From NCBI GenBank assembly GCA_017511805.1, contig JAFWJA010000015.1, forward strand, positions 3,098-67,097: 64,000 bases of DNA. The letters are read 5' to 3'. Each line of letters starts with the position of its first letter. Position 1 is the first letter of the stretch. Below, in pieces: positions 40,161-48,489 of the stretch. The position numbers and the translations under genes were made by a program. Below the pieces are notes generated by a model. That model saw nothing but the letters and a program-made list of their open reading frames with translations. It made no database searches and had not been told where the DNA came from. Source of the DNA: Bacilli bacterium (GTDB taxonomy: Bacteria > Bacillota_I > Bacilli_A > RF39 > UBA660).

Positions 40161-41222
40161 ATGGAAAACAAAGTCATTAAAGATAGAAATTACATTTTTG
40201 ATATTTTAAGAATTATTGCTATGATGATGGTAATAATTCATCATATTGTTATTAATGACTTTGGTTTACAAAATGCATTAAATGGTTTAGATACAACATT
40301 ATCTAATAAACAAGTTATTATATTGACAGTTATAAATGCATTTGTTGTAATAGGTGTAAATTTATTCTTTTTATTATCAGGTTATTTTAGAACAAAATTT
40401 AGTATTAAAAAAATAGTAGGTATTGTAGTAGAGGTATATCTAGTTTATGGAATAGTTACATTTATAGGAATAATGACTAATAATGTTACTTATTCTATAG
40501 ACGAATTAATGAACCTTTTAAATCCTTTTAATAGATACTGGTTTTTAGCTGCTTATTTAGGAATATGTATATTTTCTCCATTATTAAACATAATATTAGA
40601 TAAGATTCAAAAGAGAGAGGCAAAAGTATTTATAATATGTACTCTTATATTCTTTTCAATTATTAGTATGAAATATGATATATTTAATATGAATGGTGGT
40701 TATTCGCTAATATGGGGAATAATATTATACCTATTTGCGGGTATAATCAGAAAATTCAATATAAAGTTTAATAAAGGATTATTATTATTTGTTTTATGTG
40801 CATTGTTAAATGCATTAAATATAATATATATTTATTTAAATAGAAGTAGTTTTGATTATAATCCATGGCAGTTATATAGATATAATAATATTTTTGTTAT
40901 ACTTCAAAGTATCGGTTTATTTATTTGGATTAATTCATTAAAATTAGAAATAAAGAATAGTAAAATGATTAAAATTATTACTTTTCTAGCAACTTCTACT
41001 TTAATGACATATTTACTTCATTCAACTTGTTGGTTAACTATTTTTAGAAGAAAACCAACAGAAATGATGTTGAGTCATGGACATTTTATACTAGGTTTAT
41101 TGTTAGTACCGATTTATGCTTTTATAATTTATTTTATTTGTAGTATAATATCGTTATTATATAAAAAAACAGTTCAAAGATTGATTAATTATATTTTTAA
41201 TAGGAGTTATTATGAAAAATAA
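40161..41222 (+). CDS. acyltransferase 3 family membrane protein
   Basis: ILRIIAMMMVIIHH N-terminal motif, ~10 TM. Confidence 0.65.
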   Translation: MENKVIKDRNYIFDILRIIAMMMVIIHHIVINDFGLQNALNGLDTTLSNKQVIILTVINAFVVIGVNLFFLLSGYFRTKFSIKKIVGIVVEVYLVYGIVTFIGIMTNNVTYSIDELMNLLNPFNRYWFLAAYLGICIFSPLLNIILDKIQKREAKVFIICTLIFFSIISMKYDIFNMNGGYSLIWGIILYLFAGIIRKFNIKFNKGLLLFVLCALLNALNIIYIYLNRSSFDYNPWQLYRYNNIFVILQSIGLFIWINSLKLEIKNSKMIKIITFLATSTLMTYLLHSTCWLTIFRRKPTEMMLSHGHFILGLLLVPIYAFIIYFICSIISLLYKKTVQRLINYIFNRSYYEK

Positions 41223-42399
41223 AATATGTGTTTATACTTGCATAACTGGCGACTATGATGAAATAAAAGAAATTAAAAAGAGAGAAAAAGGAATTGATTA
41301 TTATTTGTTTACAAATAATAAGAATATAAAATCATATACATGGAAAGTAGAGTATATCGAAGATAAATCATTATCTAATGTTTTACTGGCAAGAAAAACT
41401 AAAATACTTGGTAATGATATTGTTAACAAATATGATATAGCTTTATGGATGGATGCCGCTGTAGAATTTAAATCTGATATAAATGATTTTATAAATAAAT
41501 ATTTTAAAAGTAATGATGTATTTGCGTGCTTTAAACATGGAATAAGAAATTCCATTTTAGAAGAAATGGATGCTTGTCTTAGATTTAGAAAAGAAGACTA
41601 TTCTAAAATAGAAAATTTGAAAAAGTTTTATGAAAAAGAAAAATATAATTATGATAATGGTTTAATAGAAAGTACTGTTTATATAAAAAGACCTAATGAT
41701 AAAACTGTTAGAAATACTATGAATATTTGGTTTGATATGGTAAACAATTATACAAAAAGAGATCAACTATCATTTAACTATGCTATTAGTAAAACTAAAT
41801 TAAAAGTAAGATGGATTGATGAAAATGTTTTTGATAATAGTTGGTTTAGATGGCATGAACATAACTTTAATAAGATGCCAAAGAATTATATGATTTATTT
41901 TGGTAAAATAGATGAATATAATTATAATAAACAATATTCTAATGAATATAAAGTTAATAAAGATGAATGTATTATAAATACAAAAGTATTAAATGATTGT
42001 AATGAAATATATGTAGAATTATCTACATCAATGATAATTAAATATGAAATTATTGATATTAATTCTAAATGTAACATATATAGACATAATACTATAAAGT
42101 ATTTAAATGAAGATTATTTTTTTAAAAATCCTGGTTTTATAATATTGGATGGAAATTTTAAAAAAGGATTTAATTTAGAAATAAGAATTAAATTTGAATT
42201 AGTAGATGAATCTATTAAAAATGAATTAATAGAGTATTTAGTTATAGATAGAGAAAGAATTGACTCTGAAAGAAGAAGACTAGAATTTGATAATAAGAAT
42301 CTACAAGATGTTTATAATTCTGTTGTTAATAGTTCTAGTTGGAAGTTAACTAAACCTTTACGTGGAGTCAAAAATGTATTTGGAAAGAAAGGCAAGTAA
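41212..42399 (+). CDS. DUF616-like putative glycosyltransferase with ~110 aa C-terminal extension
   Basis: N-terminal ICVYTCITGDYDEIKE resembles DUF616 motif. Confidence 0.4.
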   Translation: MKNKICVYTCITGDYDEIKEIKKREKGIDYYLFTNNKNIKSYTWKVEYIEDKSLSNVLLARKTKILGNDIVNKYDIALWMDAAVEFKSDINDFINKYFKSNDVFACFKHGIRNSILEEMDACLRFRKEDYSKIENLKKFYEKEKYNYDNGLIESTVYIKRPNDKTVRNTMNIWFDMVNNYTKRDQLSFNYAISKTKLKVRWIDENVFDNSWFRWHEHNFNKMPKNYMIYFGKIDEYNYNKQYSNEYKVNKDECIINTKVLNDCNEIYVELSTSMIIKYEIIDINSKCNIYRHNTIKYLNEDYFFKNPGFIILDGNFKKGFNLEIRIKFELVDESIKNELIEYLVIDRERIDSERRRLEFDNKNLQDVYNSVVNSSSWKLTKPLRGVKNVFGKKGK

Positions 42400-42462
42400 C
42401 TGTCCTTTTTTATTGAAAACTAATATTATTTATTTTATAATATTTTTAGGAGTTGATTGCAC

Positions 42463-43629
42463 ATGAAAATAGCAGTAGCAGGAACAGGATATGTAGGATT
42501 ATCATTAGCAACTTTATTAAGTCAAAGACATGAAGTAGTTGCACTTGATGTAATAGAAGAAAAGGTTAATATGATTAATAATCGTATTAGTCCTATTAAA
42601 GATGAATATATAGAAAAATATTTTAAAGAAAAGAGATTAAATCTAAAGGCTACTTTAGATTATAAAGAAGCTTTTGAAGGAGCTAAGTTTATAATAATTA
42701 GTACTCCAACTAATTATGATGATGAATTAAACTTCTTTGATACATCTTCAGTAGAAGATATAATAGAAAAAGTAAAATCTATGAAGATAGATACTACTAT
42801 GGTAGTTAAATCTACTATACCAGTTGGATTTATTGAAGACGTAAAGAAAAGATATAACATAGATAATATTATGTTTAGTCCTGAATTCTTAAGAGAAGGT
42901 AAAGCTTTATATGATAATTTATATCCATCGAGAATAATAGTAGGAGAAAAGAGTGAAAGAGCAGAAGAATTTGCGAATTTATTAAAAGAAGCATCTTTAA
43001 ACAAAGATGTACCAGTTAAGTATATGAATAGTACTGAAGCAGAAGCAGTTAAGTTATTTGCGAATACTTATTTAGCTCTAAGAGTATCTTATTTTAATGA
43101 ATTAGATACATATGCTGAAACATATAATTTAAATACACAAGATATAATAGATGGTGTTTGTTTAGATCCTAGAATAGGAAACCATTATAATAATCCATCA
43201 TTTGGATATGGGGGATATTGTTTACCTAAAGATACTAAACAATTACTTGCTAATTATGATAAAGTACCACAAAATTTAATAGGAGCAATAGTTAAATCTA
43301 ATGATACAAGAAAAGATCATATAGCAAATGAAATATTAAATAGAAATCCTAAAGTAGTAGGAGTTTATCGTTTAACTATGAAGAGTAATAGTGATAACTT
43401 TAGAGCGAGCGCTATATTTGGAATAATATCTAGATTAAAAGAAAATGGAATACATATAGTAATATATGAACCAACTATTAATGAAAATACTTATGAAGGT
43501 ATAGAGATAATACATGATTTAGAATTATTTAAAGATATAAGTGATTTAATCATAGTTAATAGATATGAAAAAGAATTAGATTCAGCGAAAAAGAAAGTAT
43601 ATACAAGAGATTTATATAGTAGAGATTAA
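42463..43629 (+). CDS. ugd: UDP-glucose 6-dehydrogenase
   Basis: [19 protein letters not shown]-binding, catalytic GGYCLPKD motif; track start 42457 is TTG. Confidence 0.85.
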   Translation: MKIAVAGTGYVGLSLATLLSQRHEVVALDVIEEKVNMINNRISPIKDEYIEKYFKEKRLNLKATLDYKEAFEGAKFIIISTPTNYDDELNFFDTSSVEDIIEKVKSMKIDTTMVVKSTIPVGFIEDVKKRYNIDNIMFSPEFLREGKALYDNLYPSRIIVGEKSERAEEFANLLKEASLNKDVPVKYMNSTEAEAVKLFANTYLALRVSYFNELDTYAETYNLNTQDIIDGVCLDPRIGNHYNNPSFGYGGYCLPKDTKQLLANYDKVPQNLIGAIVKSNDTRKDHIANEILNRNPKVVGVYRLTMKSNSDNFRASAIFGIISRLKENGIHIVIYEPTINENTYEGIEIIHDLELFKDISDLIIVNRYEKELDSAKKKVYTRDLYSRD

Positions 43630-43655
43630 AGAAGTAACATTACTTCTTTTTTTTA
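43629..43655 (+). terminator. rho-independent terminator closing glycopolymer locus
   Basis: AGAAGTA-acat-TACTTCT + T8. Confidence 0.7.
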
Positions 43656-43742
43656 GTAAAACGAGTGTAAAAATAATATATAAATATTGATAGTAAAAAA
43701 TCACTGTACTATAATTAAAATGTAAGAGAGGAGAGAGTTTTT

Positions 43743-45617
43743 ATGAAGAAAACTAAATATTTATTATTTTTATTTATGTTCTCTGCACTTTTTTTATTCG
43801 CAGGTGTAGTAGAAGCTAAAGAACCTTTTTATAATATAACAACATTATATTTAAAAAGTACAAATGTAGATGCGGGGGGTAAAATTCCAGTAGATTTATA
43901 TATGGTAAAAAAAGATGAATCTACAAAAATAAATGGTTATTTTGCTGAACTAAATGGTTCAAATAAGTATATTACTCTTGAAATGAAAGATGTAAATACT
44001 GATAATCCATATTTTGAATTATCAAGTTATATGCTTCCAGGTGAAAAGTATAGACTTAATATGATTGATGTAGAGGATAGCGAAGATAAAATCACTTATT
44101 CTTTAGTGGGTGGTCAAAACTACATGAATCCACAAGGAAAGAATGAATTCCAAGTTAATGATGTATATAAACTTAATGGTTTTTCAACAGCAGGAAATAC
44201 AACAGTAGCAAAAGATGGAAAGGTAAGTTTTAACATCAATACTAATTTTGATTTTAGTTATGTTTCAATAGTATTTAGAAATACAACAGCCGGTGGAGCT
44301 GGATCAATAGCTTATTTAAATAAAGAATCAAATGGAACTTATACATTAGATTTAACTAGAACAAATGATAGTAGTGTTATTACTGATGGAGACTATAAAG
44401 TAACTGATATATTCTTTACACCATCAAATATGAAGAGTGGACCAGCAGTACATTTTAGTAATTATTCATCTGGTGGAGATGTTTTACCACTAGTATTTAA
44501 TAATACATTTACTATTAAAACTGAAGAACAAGTTATCGCTCCAGTTGAAGAAACAGTATTAACTGGTGTAGAAGTTAAATCAACAACTGCTAAAATAAAT
44601 GATAGAGTATTTGTAACATTACGTTCTAATAAGAGTATCATTTCTGCTAAATTAATATTTAGTAATGAAAATGAAAGTATGACAGTTAATCTTAAAAATA
44701 TGACTTCAGAACCAAACTTCATTGTTCCATATACAACAAGTGCAGGTACTTATAAGTTAGATTATGCTATAATTAAAACTGTTGATGGTAAACAATATCA
44801 ATATAGAAGTGGTGAAGATTATTATAATATTAAACACTTTGATTTCAATTCAACTTTAACAATTGAAGAAGAAAAAGTAGAAACTGATTCATTAAACTTA
44901 GATAACTCTAAGATAACTGCTGAAACAATTGAAAATTTAAAGAAAATTGAATCAAATGTAGTTATAGAAATAGATGCTTCAAATAATCCAGTAATTACTA
45001 AAGAATTATTTGAAACAATTAAAGGATCTAATAAAACAGTTGTTATTAAGAATAACAATGTTGAATGGACATTTAATGGTTTAGATGTTAAAGAAGCAAA
45101 GAAGATAGATGTTACTACTAGTATATATACAGTTGGTGAAGAAAACTCTATTTCAGATAAAGTAAAATCTGGTTTAGTAATTGAATTTGCTGAAAATGAA
45201 AAATTACCAGGAAAATGTTTAATTAAATTATATAATAATGAACAATTAGCTCAAATATTAAATAAGAATAAAGCGAATATCTATTATTACAATGAAAAAA
45301 CAGGTAAGTTCGAAGAAATTAAATTAAACGCAGAATATAAATCTGATGGATATTATGAATTCTATATAAGTCATAATTCTAAATATGTTATAACAACTGA
45401 AAAAATAGATGATAGTTTAATTTCAGAAAAAACAACTGATAGTAATAAAGGTTCTAAAGGTATTAGCTTAAATACAATATTATTAATTGCTATCCCATCT
45501 GCAGTAGTAATTATATTATTAATTGTATTCTTAGTAGCTAAGAAAAAAAATAAAAATAATAAAAAAGAAGTTACTAAAGAAGAAGTAAAAACTAAAGAAG
45601 ATAAAAAAGAAGAGTAA
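43743..45617 (+). CDS. surface protein with signal peptide and C-terminal TM anchor + K/E-rich tail
   Basis: MKKTKYLLFLFMFSALFLFAGVVEA; C-terminal ILLIAIPSAVVIILLIVFLVA then KKKNKNNKKE...; AGGAGAG RBS. Confidence 0.5.
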   Translation: MKKTKYLLFLFMFSALFLFAGVVEAKEPFYNITTLYLKSTNVDAGGKIPVDLYMVKKDESTKINGYFAELNGSNKYITLEMKDVNTDNPYFELSSYMLPGEKYRLNMIDVEDSEDKITYSLVGGQNYMNPQGKNEFQVNDVYKLNGFSTAGNTTVAKDGKVSFNINTNFDFSYVSIVFRNTTAGGAGSIAYLNKESNGTYTLDLTRTNDSSVITDGDYKVTDIFFTPSNMKSGPAVHFSNYSSGGDVLPLVFNNTFTIKTEEQVIAPVEETVLTGVEVKSTTAKINDRVFVTLRSNKSIISAKLIFSNENESMTVNLKNMTSEPNFIVPYTTSAGTYKLDYAIIKTVDGKQYQYRSGEDYYNIKHFDFNSTLTIEEEKVETDSLNLDNSKITAETIENLKKIESNVVIEIDASNNPVITKELFETIKGSNKTVVIKNNNVEWTFNGLDVKEAKKIDVTTSIYTVGEENSISDKVKSGLVIEFAENEKLPGKCLIKLYNNEQLAQILNKNKANIYYYNEKTGKFEEIKLNAEYKSDGYYEFYISHNSKYVITTEKIDDSLISEKTTDSNKGSKGISLNTILLIAIPSAVVIILLIVFLVAKKKNKNNKKEVTKEEVKTKEDKKEE

Positions 45618-45631
45618 AATCTTCTTTTTTT
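45606..45631 (+). terminator. probable terminator overlapping stop codon
   Basis: AAAGAAG-agtaaaat-CTTCTTT + T6. Confidence 0.45.
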
Positions 45632-45643
45632 GCGTAAACTACA

Positions 45644-45684
45644 TTGACAATATATTGACAAAATATTTATACAGAGAGTAATAT
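45644..45684 (+). promoter_or_regulatory. candidate sigma-A promoter with tandem TTGACA -35 boxes
   Basis: TTGACA at 45644 and 45655; TATACA / TAATAT -10 candidates at 17-18 nt. Confidence 0.35.
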
Positions 45685-45704
45685 TATTATAGGAGGAGAT
45701 ATTT

Positions 45705-46370
45705 ATGGAAAAGCCAAAGAAAAAGACAAATATATTGGCAATTATTTTAGGGGTTATTTTGGTTGCAGTAACAACATTTGGAGTATTACTATATACAGGT
45801 GTAGTAAAGAGTCCTATGGTGAAAGAGAAAGATTGTACTGAAACAACTACAAAGAAAGACGATACTAAGAAAACAGATACTAAAACAGATACAACTAAAT
45901 CGGCAGATGAAAGATATAAAGAATATATTACAAACTTAGCAGCATCTATTAAAGAAAATTATATTAGTGATCATAAAATAGATGAAGGCGGATATGAAAC
46001 AAGTGATAAGTATAATTCACAAAGAATATTTGGAGGCTCAGATAGAGTTGGATATGGAGTTGCTATTAAGAGTAATCTAGAATTAGTTTATTCTTATCAA
46101 ACTACAGATGAAAGACATATTGCAGATAATGTAGTATCATTCTATCCTGTTTATGTTGGAAATGGTGGATATAAAACTTTATACTATATAACAACTGATG
46201 GTGTTGTACATAGTGCAAATCTAGAATTACATTTATTTGATAATCAAGATTTAAAGATAACTGATTTAGATTATAAGAATATAATAGAAGTAAAGAGTGG
46301 AACTACATATAGTGCAGCAGTACCTATATTTGTAGATATTGATGGTAATGTAATTTTTAGAAATAATTAA
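45705..46370 (+). CDS. N-terminally membrane-anchored protein, unknown function
   Basis: TM ILAIILGVILVAVTTFGVLLY then Thr/Lys-rich linker; AGGAGG RBS. Confidence 0.45.
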   Translation: MEKPKKKTNILAIILGVILVAVTTFGVLLYTGVVKSPMVKEKDCTETTTKKDDTKKTDTKTDTTKSADERYKEYITNLAASIKENYISDHKIDEGGYETSDKYNSQRIFGGSDRVGYGVAIKSNLELVYSYQTTDERHIADNVVSFYPVYVGNGGYKTLYYITTDGVVHSANLELHLFDNQDLKITDLDYKNIIEVKSGTTYSAAVPIFVDIDGNVIFRNN

Positions 46371-46375
46371 TATAA

Positions 46376-46398
46376 TACAAGCAATGCTTGTATTTTTC
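46376..46398 (+). terminator. rho-independent terminator
   Basis: TACAAGCA-a-TGCTTGTA + T5. Confidence 0.6.
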
Positions 46399-46455
46399 TT
46401 ATGTACTTATATGGATTTTTATGATATAATTTAATTGGTAATAGAATAAAGAGGG

Positions 46456-46494
46456 AAAAATGTAAACTTTACATATGTAATACTTTACATTTTT
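46456..46494 (+). promoter_or_regulatory. perfect 11-bp hairpin (AAAAATGTAAA / TTTACATTTTT, 17-nt loop) + T-rich tail in parE upstream region
   Basis: Seen directly; loop contains CTTTACAT direct repeat. Confidence 0.4.
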
Positions 46495-46505
46495 CTTTTG
46501 TTTGC

Positions 46506-46534
46506 TTGAAAATACAACGTATTTTTGTTATAAT
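46506..46534 (+). promoter_or_regulatory. sigma-A promoter of parE-parC: TTGAAA -17- TG-n-TATAAT with palindrome AAATAC-aac-GTATTT in spacer
   Basis: TTGAAA 46506-11, extended -10 46526-34. Confidence 0.5.
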
Positions 46535-46564
46535 TCTTATGTTTGATACTAAAGGAGGATGTAT

Positions 46565-48478
46565 ATGGCAACTAAGTATGATGAACATTCGATTAAAATA
46601 TTAGAGGGATTAGAAGCTGTTAGAAAAAGACCAGGTATGTATATTGGTTCAACTGATAAAAGAGGTCTACATCATTTGGTTTGGGAAATAGTAGATAATT
46701 CTATAGATGAAGTTATGAATGGTTATGGTGATACTATTAAGATAACCCTTCATAAAGATGGATCTCTTAGTGTTGCAGATAATGGACGTGGTGTACCAGT
46801 AGGTAAACATGAATCTGGTAAGAGTACAGTAGAGGTTATATATACAGTTCTTCATGCTGGTGGTAAGTTCGAAGAAGGTAACTATAAAGTATCTGGAGGA
46901 TTACATGGTGTTGGTGCATCAGTAGTTAATGCACTATCAAGTTCTATGATAGTTAATAGTAGAAGAGATGGTAAAGAATATACTATTTCATTTAAAGATG
47001 GTGGTAAGCTTGCTAGTAAATTAACTGAAGTAGGTACTACTAATAGAACAGGAACACTTGTTAGATTTACTCCTGATAAAGAAATATTTAGTACAACAGA
47101 ATTCTCTTATAGTGTTATATGTGAAAGAATGCAAGAATCAGCGTTCTTACTAAAAGGATTAACAGTAGAAGTAGTAGATGAAATAAATAATAGATCTGAA
47201 AAATATCATTATGATAATGGTATTAAATCATTTGTTGAATATATAAATGAAGATAAGACTCCAATAAATAATGTATTTCATTTTAAAGGAAGTAAAGATG
47301 GTATTGAAGTTGAAATAGCTATGCAATATACAGATTCTTATAATGAGAATATAGTATCATTTGTTAATAATGTTAAAACAGGTGATGGTGGTTCTCATGA
47401 AGTAGGATATAAGAGTGCTTTAACTAAAGCATTTAATGATTACGCTAGAAAGAATAATTTCTTAAAAGCAAAAGATAAGAATTTTGAAGGTGGAGATGTT
47501 AGAGAAGGTTTAACTGCGGTTATATCTTTAAGAATACCTGAAGCATTACTTCAATTTGAAGGACAAACTAAAGGAAAATTAGGTACTCCAATCGCAAAGA
47601 CAGTTGTAGAAAATATAACATTAGAAAATATTCAGTTCTATCTAGAAGAAAATAAAGATAGTGCGGTTAATATAATAAATAAAGCCTTAAAAGGTAAGAT
47701 GGCTAGGGATGCTGCTAGAAAAGCTAGAGATGAAGCTAGAAAATCACAAGGTACAAAGAAAGAGAAAAATATCTCAGATAAACTTGCACCTGCATCTAGA
47801 CATGATGCTACCAGAAACGAATTATTTATCGTTGAGGGAGATTCTGCTGGTGGTTCAGCAAAATCAGGAAGAGATAGAACATATCAAGCAATACTTCCAT
47901 TAAGAGGTAAAGTATTAAATACTGAAAAAGCATCTTTAGAAGATGCATATAAGAATGCAGAAATAAATACACTTATTTATACAATAGGCGCAGGTGTAGG
48001 AGAAGACTTTAATATTAAAGATTGTAATTATGATAAAGTAATTATAATGACAGATGCGGACGTTGATGGATGCCATATCCAAGTATTATTAATTACATTC
48101 TTCTATAGATATATGAAACCATTAATAGAGGAAGGAAGACTATATATAGCGTGTCCTCCATTATATAAATGTTCTTTTGGTAAGAAAGAAGAATTATATG
48201 TTTATTCAGATGAAGAATTAAAAGAAGTTACTAAGGGTAGGACATTAGAAGATTTACAAAGATATAAAGGACTTGGAGAAATGGATGCTGAACAATTATG
48301 GGATACAACTATGGATCCAGCTAAGAGAACTCTTATTAGAGTTAATTTAACAGATGCAGTACTTGCTGAAAAGAGAGTATCTGTTCTTATGGGAGAAAAA
48401 GTAGAACCTAGAAAGGTATGGATTGAAGAAAATGTTGAATTTTCTTTAGAAGATAATTATCAAATTAATAAGAAGTAG
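46565..48478 (+). CDS. parE: DNA topoisomerase IV subunit B
   Basis: Full-length type IIA topo B subunit (GHKL ATPase, TOPRIM EGDSAGGS, PLRGK); closest resemblance to Firmicute ParE and partner is ParC; GGAGG RBS 6 nt before ATG 46565. Confidence 0.8.
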   Translation: MATKYDEHSIKILEGLEAVRKRPGMYIGSTDKRGLHHLVWEIVDNSIDEVMNGYGDTIKITLHKDGSLSVADNGRGVPVGKHESGKSTVEVIYTVLHAGGKFEEGNYKVSGGLHGVGASVVNALSSSMIVNSRRDGKEYTISFKDGGKLASKLTEVGTTNRTGTLVRFTPDKEIFSTTEFSYSVICERMQESAFLLKGLTVEVVDEINNRSEKYHYDNGIKSFVEYINEDKTPINNVFHFKGSKDGIEVEIAMQYTDSYNENIVSFVNNVKTGDGGSHEVGYKSALTKAFNDYARKNNFLKAKDKNFEGGDVREGLTAVISLRIPEALLQFEGQTKGKLGTPIAKTVVENITLENIQFYLEENKDSAVNIINKALKGKMARDAARKARDEARKSQGTKKEKNISDKLAPASRHDATRNELFIVEGDSAGGSAKSGRDRTYQAILPLRGKVLNTEKASLEDAYKNAEINTLIYTIGAGVGEDFNIKDCNYDKVIIMTDADVDGCHIQVLLITFFYRYMKPLIEEGRLYIACPPLYKCSFGKKEELYVYSDEELKEVTKGRTLEDLQRYKGLGEMDAEQLWDTTMDPAKRTLIRVNLTDAVLAEKRVSVLMGEKVEPRKVWIEENVEFSLEDNYQINKK

Positions 48479-48489
48479 GTGAAAATCTG

